NCBI RefSeq assembly: GCF_018336915.1
Contig: NZ_CP064923.1
Coordinates: 3,802,385-3,826,384 of the forward strand
Length of the DNA: 24,000 nucleotides
Origin: Acaryochloris marina S15
GTDB taxonomy: Bacteria > Cyanobacteriota > Cyanobacteriia > Thermosynechococcales > Thermosynechococcaceae
Direction: 5' to 3'
The notes beneath the pieces were generated by a model. The model searched no databases. It worked only from the letters and a program-made list of their open reading frames with translations, and had not been told where the DNA came from. A program made the translations under genes and the position numbers. How positions within the stretch are numbered: the first letter of the stretch is position 1; every line of letters begins with the position of its first letter. Shown in pieces: positions 10,017-19,224 of this stretch.

Positions 10017-10072
10017 GAAAATCTCTTAGATATAACGTTTAGGGTTATTCTGTAACCTAAAATATACATTCA

Positions 10073-10111
10073 AAAAACAGGTGTGTTTAGCTAAAACACA
10101 CCTGTTTTTTT
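10073..10111 (+). terminator. Intrinsic terminator after psbO
   Basis: Near-perfect hairpin aaaaaaca-gtgtgttt / aaacacacctgttttttt with a one-base bulge and T run. Confidence 0.85.
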
Positions 10112-10445
10112 ATGTCTCAATTAAGCGAATGGGGAGACTGCGTATTCTTACTGACCCCATCTATACTAGAGGGATTTTAGTTGAGTTTAAGAGTTGCCAG
10201 GCTTTGATTCTACACTCTTCAAATCACTCTCTGTCACTGGCTTGTCGAGATCTCCATACGCCCAAAAGCACAGAGAGATGATAGATAAATAAGGAATGTT
10301 AAGGAGTGTTCAGTAAAGTTCCGTGGATTTGCTGATGTCCGTTTATCCTTTGACTTCTTAAGTTAATGGAAGGTTCAAATTAGTTTTCTTCTCCTCAGAA
10401 TCCTTAATTAGAACGGACTAAAAGACAAATTCATATTTTTTTGAC

Positions 10446-11240
10446 ATGACCGCAACTCTTACTAATAATCTTAAAAGTGAAAGCTTGGAGTTATTGCAGC
10501 AGTATCAACAGTCTTCATGCACTGAGTTGCGAAATCGCCTCGTACAGATGAATTTGGGTTTAGTCAGGAGAGAGGCCCATCGATGGGTTGGTCATTCTAC
10601 TGAAAGTTTTGATGATTTAATGCAGGTGGGTTCCCTCGGCTTAATTCGAGCCATCGAACGATTTGATCCGTTTAAGGGACATGCCTTTAGCTCCTTTGCC
10701 GTTCCCTACATCCGAGGAGAAATTCAACATTATCTGCGGGATAAAAGCCCTCAGGTTCGGATCCCTCGAAAATGGCATGAGCTACAGCGGCAAGCCATTA
10801 ATGTGACCCGAGAAATGAGAGATGAATTACAACGACAACCTACGGATGTTGAGGTTGCTGCAGCCTTAGATATCTGTCAAAAAGAATGGCAAGAAGTAAA
10901 GCTGGCATCCTGCAATCGCTCTGTTTTGAGCCTTGATGCTCCAGTGCATAATTCTGAGCAAGAATCCATGTCTTTGGGGGAACTGTTGCCCGATCGCCAC
11001 TATCACAGTTTTCAGTTAGCTCAAGAAGATCAAATTCGGTTGCGTCAGGCCTTATCTAAGTTAGAAAAGCGGACCTCGGATGTATTAGAGTTTGTCTTTT
11101 TCCATGACTTAACTCAAAAGGAAACGGCTGAGGTCTTGGGTATCAGTGCTGTGACGGTCTCCCGTCAAGTCAAAAAAGGGTTAGTTTCTCTCCGCCAAAT
11201 GTTGAAAGGCTCAGAAGAAGCAACAGAGAAAACCGTTTAG
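10446..11240 (+). CDS. sigF: Group 3 RNA polymerase sigma factor, SigF type
   Basis: 264 aa with sigma-70 region 2 (DDLMQVGSLGLIRAIERFDPFKGHAFSSFAVPYIRGEIQHYLRD) and region 4 HTH (DLTQKETAEVLGISAVTVSRQVKKGL); SigB/SigF-type layout. Confidence 0.88.
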   Translation: MTATLTNNLKSESLELLQQYQQSSCTELRNRLVQMNLGLVRREAHRWVGHSTESFDDLMQVGSLGLIRAIERFDPFKGHAFSSFAVPYIRGEIQHYLRDKSPQVRIPRKWHELQRQAINVTREMRDELQRQPTDVEVAAALDICQKEWQEVKLASCNRSVLSLDAPVHNSEQESMSLGELLPDRHYHSFQLAQEDQIRLRQALSKLEKRTSDVLEFVFFHDLTQKETAEVLGISAVTVSRQVKKGLVSLRQMLKGSEEATEKTV

Positions 11241-11332
11241 ATTCCTTCGCTGTTTATCCATCGAATGGGACTTGAACTTTGCTGAGCTGGGGTATGATGC
11301 CAAAGTTGTAAGCAAGAGCCAAGATTGGCAGT

Positions 11333-12334
11333 GTGATTAAGCTTATTTATTGGGGAACCCCACAGTTTGCGGTTCCCAGTTTAGAACGTCTGCTCCAAGC
11401 ACCTGATATAGAGGTGGTAGGGGTGGTCACTCAGCCGGATAAACGGCGCGGCCGAGGAAGCAAAGTGTCTCCATCCCCTGTGAAAGGGGTGGCGATGGAA
11501 GCAGGATTGCCGATTTGGCAATCTCACAATATAAAAAAAGATCAAGGGATTTTGGCAGAGTTGAGATCGCAAGGGGCGGACGCCTTTGTTGTAGTCGCCT
11601 ATGGCCAACTTCTCTCCCCTGAAATCTTGGCTATGCCCCGCTTAGGCTGTATTAATAGCCATGGCTCCTTGCTTCCCAAATATCGAGGGGCTGCCCCCAT
11701 TCAGTGGGGGCTATATCATGGTGAACCCCTAGCGGGTATCACAACTATGCTGATGGATGAAGGCATGGATACCGGCGATATGCTGTTGAACAAAAGTATT
11801 GAGATTGGCCTGCTGGAAAATACCCTGGATGTGGCGATTCGTTTGGCTGATTTGTCGGGTGACTTGTTGATAGATACCTTGAACCAGCTAGACCAACACA
11901 CCATTACGCCTACGCCTCAAGATCCTGAACAGGCAAACTATGCTCCCTTGATTCAGAAATCTGATTTCTCATTAGATTGGTCTCGATCTGCGATCGCACT
12001 TCACAATCAGGTTCGAGGATTTTCACCCAGCTGTGTGACTCAATTTCGAGAATCTGGCCTTAAAATCATGGCAACAGCTCCCCTAGGGGAAGCCTATGCA
12101 GCTGTTCTACCAAAAGAGTTAGCAGCTCTCACTCAGGTCATGCCAACTTCAGACGCTGACCCCGGTAGCATCGTTTATATTGCGCCCCAGCAAGGTCCAG
12201 TTGTGCAAACGGGTGATGGATTATTGTTATTGCGATCCCTGCAAATGGCGGGTAAACGTCGTCAGTCGGGGGGGGACTTTGCCAATGGATTCAGACTCTC
12301 TATGGGGGAGCAGTTGGGAGAAACGGCGGCCTGA
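11333..12334 (+). CDS. fmt: Methionyl-tRNA formyltransferase
   Basis: 333 aa; IYWGTPQFAVPSLERLL, VVVAYGQLL, NSHGSLLPKYRGAAPIQWGL, GEPLAGITTMLMDEGMDTGDML signatures. Confidence 0.96.
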   Translation: MIKLIYWGTPQFAVPSLERLLQAPDIEVVGVVTQPDKRRGRGSKVSPSPVKGVAMEAGLPIWQSHNIKKDQGILAELRSQGADAFVVVAYGQLLSPEILAMPRLGCINSHGSLLPKYRGAAPIQWGLYHGEPLAGITTMLMDEGMDTGDMLLNKSIEIGLLENTLDVAIRLADLSGDLLIDTLNQLDQHTITPTPQDPEQANYAPLIQKSDFSLDWSRSAIALHNQVRGFSPSCVTQFRESGLKIMATAPLGEAYAAVLPKELAALTQVMPTSDADPGSIVYIAPQQGPVVQTGDGLLLLRSLQMAGKRRQSGGDFANGFRLSMGEQLGETAA

Positions 12335-13278
12335 AGATATTGGGTAATTTCAGCCCAGGCTGGTTTTGCACCGCTACAAAATCGGGAAAAACTGAGAAAG
12401 CCATGGACCATTCCTGGATAGTCCGTTATTTGAGTGGGAACACTGGCCTGTTGTAAGCGCTGACCATAGGCTTGGCCTTCATCTCGTAAGGGATCATAGG
12501 CAGCTGTGATCACCAGGGCAGGCGGTAATTGGCTTAAGTCTTCAGCTAAGAGTGGCGAAAAATAGGGGGACTGAATATCTGCAGGCGACTTGGCATACTG
12601 ATTAACGAAGTGTTCCATGGCAGGTTTTGTTAATACCGGTGCATCCGCATACTGATCCATAGAGGGATGGTTAAGGGTGCCATCCAAGGCAGGATAAAGA
12701 AGAATCTGTCTCTGTAGAGTTGGACCATTCAGATCGCGGGCCATCAGACAGACAGCAGCAGCCAGGTTTCCCCCAGCACTATCTCCCATCACCATCAGTT
12801 GTTGAGGATCAGCCCCTAAAGCCTCAGCGTTTTGGGCTGCCCATTGGGTCACATCATAGCAAGCTTCTAAGGGAGTGGGATAGGGGAATTCAGGTGCTAA
12901 TCGATAGGCTACAGAGAGGATTAAAGCCCCACTTTGATAGGCAATTTGGCGACAGAAGGCATCATAGGTGTCCAGATTACCCGTTACCCAGCCACCGCCA
13001 TGGAAGAAAACAATGCAGGGGAGGTGGGGATTCAAGCTAGGGGAATAGAGCCTAATGGGAATCTTTCCATGGCGACCCGCCACCCATTGATTGCTAATTT
13101 TGGGCAGTTTGCGTTTGCGCCCATGCTTTAGCCAATTGATAACAGCCGGGCGCGTTGTTTCATTCCTTTGACGCAGTGCTTCAGGGCTTAACAGCTCAAT
13201 CGACTGGGAGCGGTTTAATAACCTATCTAGAATCTGAATTTTCCAGTCCAATTGATACTTCTTTGCTAATGACTGCAT
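12262..13278 (-). CDS. Alpha/beta hydrolase, HSL/acetyl esterase type
   Basis: HGGG oxyanion motif (VFFHGGGWVTG) and nucleophile elbow GDSAGGN. I prefer ATG at 13278 (MQSLAKKYQLDW...) to the listed 13389 start, which lies inside the upstream gene. Confidence 0.85.
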   Translation of the reverse strand: MQSLAKKYQLDWKIQILDRLLNRSQSIELLSPEALRQRNETTRPAVINWLKHGRKRKLPKISNQWVAGRHGKIPIRLYSPSLNPHLPCIVFFHGGGWVTGNLDTYDAFCRQIAYQSGALILSVAYRLAPEFPYPTPLEACYDVTQWAAQNAEALGADPQQLMVMGDSAGGNLAAAVCLMARDLNGPTLQRQILLYPALDGTLNHPSMDQYADAPVLTKPAMEHFVNQYAKSPADIQSPYFSPLLAEDLSQLPPALVITAAYDPLRDEGQAYGQRLQQASVPTQITDYPGMVHGFLSFSRFCSGAKPAWAEITQYLQAAVSPNCSPIESLNPLAKSPPD

Positions 13279-13282
13279 TGGC

Positions 13283-14389
13283 CTAACAATAGGACTGCAA
13301 GGTGCCGCGTCTGCGAATATCAAGGGTGGCACAGTGGAAGGAACCCCCAAAGGGAGCAAAGTTGATAAAGGGACATTTAATCGGTTCAAATCCCCAATCT
13401 TTGAAGGCTGCGATCAGTGAAGTTTGATCTTCCTCTACGATCACCCGCTTCTCATCCAGCATCAAGACGTTTAGGCTAATCCACTTGCTGCACATGGAGG
13501 GGACGCCCGTGATCGGATCTGGCTCGGGGGGAACCAGCATATCCCAGGATTTAAGGGCTTTAGGAAGCTTATCTACATCGATATATTCAGGGTTAATCAA
13601 AGCCTTTCCTGGAGCCAATGGAATAAAGGTAGAGTCGATATGCATGGGGGTGGGGCAAGAGCTATCAATCTCGTGAATTTGATAGCGATCGCCTAAGTGG
13701 CGTCTGAGCCAAGTAATCCCGGCTTGATTGGTGACATTGCTTTGGGTCACAAATAAATCGCGGCCGCAGCGGACAAAATCGGCAGCATCAAAGACCGGTT
13801 CAAACTCATTAATCACATACCGAATGGGTTCTCCCTTGGCGGGGGGCTTAAAGGAATAATCGAACAGATCGTCCGTTAGCTCTGGCTTTGGTGCAGAGGT
13901 CCAACGGGCTCCCTGGGCAAAATATTCCTTAAAGAGGGGACGATAGGCATGGGTTTCAAAATAGCGGCACCGCCATGCCATGGGGGTTTCAATAATTTCG
14001 TCTCCCAGCACCATAAATCCATCGCGAGGACAGGCAGTACAAAATCCCTTAGAAGACCAATCTAATGCCTTATAGCGCTTGGTTCCTTTAATGACTTCAG
14101 GGCGTCGAACGACCACCCCTTCAGATTCTAGGATGTGAATAAATTCATCTAATTCCCGCTGGGCTTTTTTGAGCAAGAAGCCTGGATATTTCTGTCCCGC
14201 GAAAATCCGGTATAACCGGGCGGTACTGGGAGGAATATTGTAGGTAACGGTCACGTGATAAGGCGGAATGATCGCCCCTTCTAGGTGACCCACAATCACT
14301 TCTTCTAATGGATCCCATTCATTATAGGAATTGACTGGACAGGGGGTTGCAATCGTCGTATCCATCGAGTCTGTCATCAATTCCGTCAT
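13283..14389 (-). CDS. Glycine amidinotransferase (AGAT/CyrA/SxtG-like)
   Basis: 368 aa; FDAADFVRCGRDLF, PTPMHIDSTF and catalytic-Cys motif FGGSFHCATLDIRRRGTLQSY, matching the L-arginine:glycine amidinotransferase family; SD AGGA upstream. Confidence 0.9.
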   Translation of the reverse strand: MTELMTDSMDTTIATPCPVNSYNEWDPLEEVIVGHLEGAIIPPYHVTVTYNIPPSTARLYRIFAGQKYPGFLLKKAQRELDEFIHILESEGVVVRRPEVIKGTKRYKALDWSSKGFCTACPRDGFMVLGDEIIETPMAWRCRYFETHAYRPLFKEYFAQGARWTSAPKPELTDDLFDYSFKPPAKGEPIRYVINEFEPVFDAADFVRCGRDLFVTQSNVTNQAGITWLRRHLGDRYQIHEIDSSCPTPMHIDSTFIPLAPGKALINPEYIDVDKLPKALKSWDMLVPPEPDPITGVPSMCSKWISLNVLMLDEKRVIVEEDQTSLIAAFKDWGFEPIKCPFINFAPFGGSFHCATLDIRRRGTLQSYC

Positions 14390-14455
14390 TATCCTTCCTC
14401 ACCTATTTCGAATGGCCACCGGTTGATGCCGAAAGTTTCTTCAGAACTGTATGAG

Positions 14456-14484
14456 ATCTTGCTCAGAAAATCAATCTTGCTCAG
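14456..14484. repeat. 11-bp direct repeat atcttgctcag x2, 18-bp period
   Basis: atcttgctcag at 14456-14466 and 14474-14484, in the 5' region of the amidinotransferase gene. Confidence 0.7.
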
Positions 14485-14780
14485 CAGCCGTGTCTTTGTC
14501 TGTAACGATTTGCACCATCTTTACTGGCCTATAGACTCCTAAAGCTAAAGTTTGGCTCCTGTTCGAGTCAATAATCTAGGAATTTATTGTGCATCCTTTC
14601 GCGCTAAAGAGTAGTTAGGGGTCTGGCGTAAGTCGTCCATCTTCTGACATGCCTACCCTTCTCGTAAAATGGCTGCACACTTCTCTGCTAAAGGTTTTTG
14701 GTGAAAGTGGTGAGGGGATTCTTGCTGCGATCACATCAGATAACCTGGAATCACCTTTCCTTGACCGATTTTTAGGTCGA

Positions 14781-14832
14781 GAATGAGTTCTGAAGGTTGA
14801 TTGCAAGGGCCAGCAACCTTCAGAACTCATTC
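14781..14832. repeat. Perfect 19-bp inverted repeat, 14-nt spacer
   Basis: gaatgagttctgaaggttg (14781-14799) / caaccttcagaactcattc (14814-14832); no T run on either side. Confidence 0.9.
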
Positions 14833-15263
14833 AGCACTTGGCCATATTGGATCGTTTCAGTATTTGAGTGACCCGCTGTACGACCTAGAAATGCTCTCGT
14901 CTTAGTTAGTCAAAATTCTGGTTGATGTGAATGAAGAAATACCAGCAAAAATATTGTTTTTTTAAGATTAACGATTGATTTGTTTCATTAAGTGATTGCC
15001 TGAGTGTTTTATCAGTTGATGATTTAGTCACTAATGTGAAATCCTGGATGCTTTTATAGGGATGATACTTCCAGCTTGGACAGTATTATGAGGTCAATGT
15101 AACCTCCTGCTCTATTCGCCTCTGTCGATTAAAGTTTAATGAATGAATTGGATTGATTTTTGCCTTCTCTGACTAATGAATAATTATTGGTGGTATAACG
15201 ATAAAATCGCTGCATTAGTAATTTTATTGCAGAAAAATGCAGTAAAAGGTTCGCATTGATGAC

Positions 15264-17924
15264 ATGGAACAGCTAAAACGTTGGAAAAAGATTAGTTCTC
15301 CAGTCAATCGAGAGTTGCCGCTGCGTTTTATTCTGATTGTTCTATTTGTTCTGCAATTATTGGTTTCTGTTGGCCTCGTAGGCTACTTATCTTTGCGTAA
15401 TGGTGAAGAGGCGATAGAGGACTTAGCCAATCAGTTGATGTCAGAGGCAGGAGATCGGATTTCAGAACGACTCAATATTTATCTGTTGACTCCTCATCAA
15501 GTCAATCAACTGAATGCGAATGCCCTCGATATGGGGCAACTCCAGCTCAATGATCTCCAGAGTATGGAACGCCATTTCTGGCGTCAGAGCCAAGTGTTTA
15601 AGTTGATTAGCTATATTCAATTTGGCAATTCGCAAGGGGAGTTTGTAGGCTTAGCGGTCAATGATGATGGTACGCTCACCTACCAAGTGACTGAAAAGAC
15701 GGGAGCACTGCAAACCTATAGTATTGATACCAAGGGCGATCGCAAACAGTATCTTGAAACATCCCCTAATTTTGATGCTCGTCAGCGTCCCTGGTACATT
15801 GTGCCTCAACAGGTTGATAAATCTGCCTGGACAGAAATCTATCCCTGGGTAAGTCCGCCCACCTTAGCCATCACGTTAGGTCAGCCCTATTATGATACTC
15901 AGGGAAAATTCCAGGGCATTTTAGCGACGGATCTATCCCTGGCCCAAATTAGTGATTTCCTGAAAGAATTGAGTTTGTGTGACTCTGGCCGGACGTTTAT
16001 TCTGGAACGCTCTGGTGACATTGTTGCAACTTCATCCAATGAGCTGCCGTTTGTCTGGCGGAATCATCGGCCCGGAAGATTGATGGCTAACCATAGTGAA
16101 GATGGTATTGTCCAGGCTACTGCTACTTATTTAGCAAAGCAAACGGGAGGGCTTCAGCAGATCAATGCTCGACGCCAAACCCAATTCTCTATTGAGGGGC
16201 AGCGATATTTTCTACAAGTGATGCCGCTGCAAGATCAGCATGGATTAGATTGGCTCAGCGTTTTGGTTATTCCTGAGTCTAGCTTTATGGCTCAGATCGA
16301 TGCCAACACGCGAACAACACTGTTGCTCTGTTTTCTAGCGTTGGGGTGTGCGATCTATTTGGGCATTTGTACTGCCAGCTGGATCGCTAGACCCATTCTC
16401 CGTTTCAGCCAGGCTAGCCAAGCAATGTCCTCGGGGCAGTTTGATCAAACGGTTTCTGTTAAAGGATTTAAGGAAATTGGTGTTCTCCAGCGTTCCTTTA
16501 ATCGCATGGCTGAAAAACTGCAGACCACTTTTTGTGATTTGGAAGCGGCCAATCTAGCCTTAAAGAAAGAAGTGGCAGAGCGACAACGGGCCGAAGAACA
16601 GTTTAAGCATCTGGCACTGCACGATCCTTTGACGGGGTTCCCCAACCGCGCTTTTTTTATGGAGCAATTGGAACGAGCGGTCAAGCAGGCGCAGCGTCAT
16701 CCCCATTATTTATTTGCAGTCCTGTTTATTGATTTAGATCGGTTCAAGATTGTCAATGATAGCCTCGGACATCAAGTGGGGGATCAGTTACTAGGTGCGA
16801 TCGCACATCAGCTTCATTCCCTTGTGAGAGCTACAGATATCGTGGCTCGATTGGGGGGAGATGAGTTTGTCATTCTTTTAGAACCCATTGAGGAAGTCAA
16901 CGATGCCGTGCGAGTGGCCGATCGGATTGTGCAAGAATTGAGCTCTCCTATTGATTTAGGGAATCGGCAGGTCTTTATTTCAGCCAGTGTGGGTATAGCC
17001 CTGAGTTCGCCAGATTACAGCCAGGCTACGGATATTCTCAGGGATGCAGATATCGCCATGTATCGGGCCAAAAATCGAGGCAAAGCTTGTTTTGAAATCT
17101 TTAATGAACGGATGTATATGCAAGCATTGGATCGGTTGCAAGTAGAAAATGACTTGCGGCAAGCCATTGACTACCAACAGCTCCGGGTGTTTTATCAGCC
17201 CATTGTCGATATCCAGACCGGTAAATTATCTGGGTTTGAAGCGTTAAGTCGCTGGCCTCATCCAACGCGAGGATTTATTACGCCAACTGAGTTTATCCCG
17301 ATTGCCGAAGAGACGAGCTTGATTGTCCCTCTTGGGGAATGGATTCTGCAAACGGCTTGTCAGCAGATGGCAACTTGGCTGCAAACCTATCCTGCTGCAG
17401 TGCACTACTCCATCAGTGTAAACATGTCAATTAAGCAACTCAAAGATCCAAACCTGCTCACCAAGGTTGATAGAGCTTTAGAACAATCTGGATTAAACGG
17501 TCACCAATTGTCTTTAGAGCTGACTGAAAGCATTTTGATGGAGAATGTGATCGAATTAAAGGTAATTTTAAATCAATTGAAAGATAGAGGAATTCAACTC
17601 AGTATTGATGATTTTGGTACAGGGTATTCTAGCCTCAGCTATCTCCATCTTTTTCCCTTCAATACAATCAAGATTGATCAATCTTTTATTAATCGGATTG
17701 GTGAACAGGGCGAAAATCAAGAAATTATTGAAACGATCATTAGCTTGGCCAATCAGTTGAAAATGGATGCTGTTTCGGAGGGGGTTGAATCCAAACAGCA
17801 ACTCAATTACTTGAAGAAGCTATCTTGTCAGAAAGCCCAAGGAAACTATTTTTCTCAACCTTTGTCGGGTGATGCCGCTGAAGTCTTTATTCTCAATAAT
17901 CCTCAGCTAATTCAAGTTCATTAA
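15264..17924 (+). CDS. dCache-HAMP-GGDEF-EAL bifunctional cyclic-di-GMP enzyme
   Basis: 886 aa; two TM segments around a dCache-like periplasmic domain, HAMP, intact RLGGDEF with RATD I-site five residues upstream, and intact EAL set (FEALSRW, NMS, ELTES, DDFGTG, KID, EGVES). Confidence 0.93.
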   Translation: MEQLKRWKKISSPVNRELPLRFILIVLFVLQLLVSVGLVGYLSLRNGEEAIEDLANQLMSEAGDRISERLNIYLLTPHQVNQLNANALDMGQLQLNDLQSMERHFWRQSQVFKLISYIQFGNSQGEFVGLAVNDDGTLTYQVTEKTGALQTYSIDTKGDRKQYLETSPNFDARQRPWYIVPQQVDKSAWTEIYPWVSPPTLAITLGQPYYDTQGKFQGILATDLSLAQISDFLKELSLCDSGRTFILERSGDIVATSSNELPFVWRNHRPGRLMANHSEDGIVQATATYLAKQTGGLQQINARRQTQFSIEGQRYFLQVMPLQDQHGLDWLSVLVIPESSFMAQIDANTRTTLLLCFLALGCAIYLGICTASWIARPILRFSQASQAMSSGQFDQTVSVKGFKEIGVLQRSFNRMAEKLQTTFCDLEAANLALKKEVAERQRAEEQFKHLALHDPLTGFPNRAFFMEQLERAVKQAQRHPHYLFAVLFIDLDRFKIVNDSLGHQVGDQLLGAIAHQLHSLVRATDIVARLGGDEFVILLEPIEEVNDAVRVADRIVQELSSPIDLGNRQVFISASVGIALSSPDYSQATDILRDADIAMYRAKNRGKACFEIFNERMYMQALDRLQVENDLRQAIDYQQLRVFYQPIVDIQTGKLSGFEALSRWPHPTRGFITPTEFIPIAEETSLIVPLGEWILQTACQQMATWLQTYPAAVHYSISVNMSIKQLKDPNLLTKVDRALEQSGLNGHQLSLELTESILMENVIELKVILNQLKDRGIQLSIDDFGTGYSSLSYLHLFPFNTIKIDQSFINRIGEQGENQEIIETIISLANQLKMDAVSEGVESKQQLNYLKKLSCQKAQGNYFSQPLSGDAAEVFILNNPQLIQVH

Positions 17925-18087
17925 GTAGCCAACTGATCGTATGGCTTAGGGATTCACGAGTATGTTTAGTAATCATTGAGGTCAAAACAGAGGAGAAATT
18001 AACTCTCGCAATGTGTAAAAGTTGAGAAGTTGGAGTACGGCAACATTGTAAGCCTTAACTTTACGTATTGAGGGGTAATTCTCTCGA

Positions 18088-19164
18088 TTAGGAGGCTATT
18101 CGATAAGCCGGAAAAAACGTGGATTGTTGAAGTTTCTCAACCGGTACATCAATAGATTGAGCTCGATGTTGGAGTAATTCAGAATAGGCTTCGGGATTGA
18201 TAATCAGTCTGAGGGTATAAAAATCATGCTGCTGCCTAGAAAAGCCGGACTTAAATTTAAATAACCGATCTTCCTGAGATCCTCCTACTCCCCCGCCCAG
18301 GTGTAGAAATTCATTGCCCCGCTCTTTTGCCCAGAGGCGCATATGATGGAGCAATAAGCTAAAGGGAGACTGGGACATAAATGCCGTACGAGTCCCACCT
18401 AAGTGGGCTTGAACGATGCCACAACATTCAAAAAATAAGCTGGCAGCAATAATTTGGTCGGTATTTTCTACGATGCAGCAGTGCAGCTTGTCACCTAAAT
18501 TGAGTAAGTCTTCAAAATAGTCTTTATTGAAGTAATAGGATTGAGTGGCCGAAACCCGATTCATTGTCTCGGTATAAATGGACGTAAAGACTTCCATGCT
18601 CTCAGAATAAGGAACGATTCTGGCTTGCAGTCCTAACCGCTTGCACTTATTAATGGTGCTTTGGTGCCCTTTCCTTGTATGGGCCCAAATCTTGGACTCC
18701 GATTGCAATAAATCAACTGAAACAGTTACACCATCTGGGGTGGCAATAGAGGAATCAAGGTGCTCAATATACTGAGCGCTTAAAATAGGATGAAGTCGAA
18801 AGAAAGCTGAACAAATATTTTTAGCTTTAAAAGCTTTAATGACCTCTTTGAGTGCTGACTGAATAAATGCTGGGTCTTTTATTGCTTCTTGACTCAAGAC
18901 TATTCCCGAGTATCCATAGGGAGAGATAATATCGAATATTTCTCCACCTTTTAGATGCTCAGGGTAAAAGTCTTTACAGGAACGAAGCAAGTAAGGTAAA
19001 AAAAGTATTTTGCTTTCTTCTTGAATAATAATCGCTTCAGCAGGAGATTCTAACCGTTTGGATTCAATGGAAACGTATGCAGGTAAGTGATAAATATCAT
19101 GTCGAATACCATCCAGAACTTGAAGCCAGAGAGGATTATCTAATGCAAGTATCTGCACATCCAT
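18088..19164 (-). CDS. FemAB/GNAT-like acyl- or aminoacyltransferase, paralogue 2
   Basis: HDIYHLP, ICSAFFRLHP, HLGGGVGGSQEDRLFKFKSGFSRQQHDFYT; ATG at 19164 has an upstream AGGTG SD. The track starts at GTG 19176. Confidence 0.75.
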   Translation of the reverse strand: MDVQILALDNPLWLQVLDGIRHDIYHLPAYVSIESKRLESPAEAIIIQEESKILFLPYLLRSCKDFYPEHLKGGEIFDIISPYGYSGIVLSQEAIKDPAFIQSALKEVIKAFKAKNICSAFFRLHPILSAQYIEHLDSSIATPDGVTVSVDLLQSESKIWAHTRKGHQSTINKCKRLGLQARIVPYSESMEVFTSIYTETMNRVSATQSYYFNKDYFEDLLNLGDKLHCCIVENTDQIIAASLFFECCGIVQAHLGGTRTAFMSQSPFSLLLHHMRLWAKERGNEFLHLGGGVGGSQEDRLFKFKSGFSRQQHDFYTLRLIINPEAYSELLQHRAQSIDVPVEKLQQSTFFPAYRIAS

Positions 19165-19224
19165 TTGCGATTTCACCTATGACTTATATTGCAGACTTGG
19201 TAAAAAATGAGTGGAATCTAAACC

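Noticed and set aside
10081-10281. 66-aa ORF after psbO
   Set aside because: Starts inside the terminator hairpin; no homology signal or plausible ribosome-binding site.
13279-13389. Upstream extension of the hydrolase to 13389
   Set aside because: It overlaps the amidinotransferase C-terminus, and the M at 13278 gives a natural start and operon spacing.
14615-14830. 71-aa minus-strand ORF
   Set aside because: Its sequence is low in recognisable features and its 5' part is made from the perfect hairpin.
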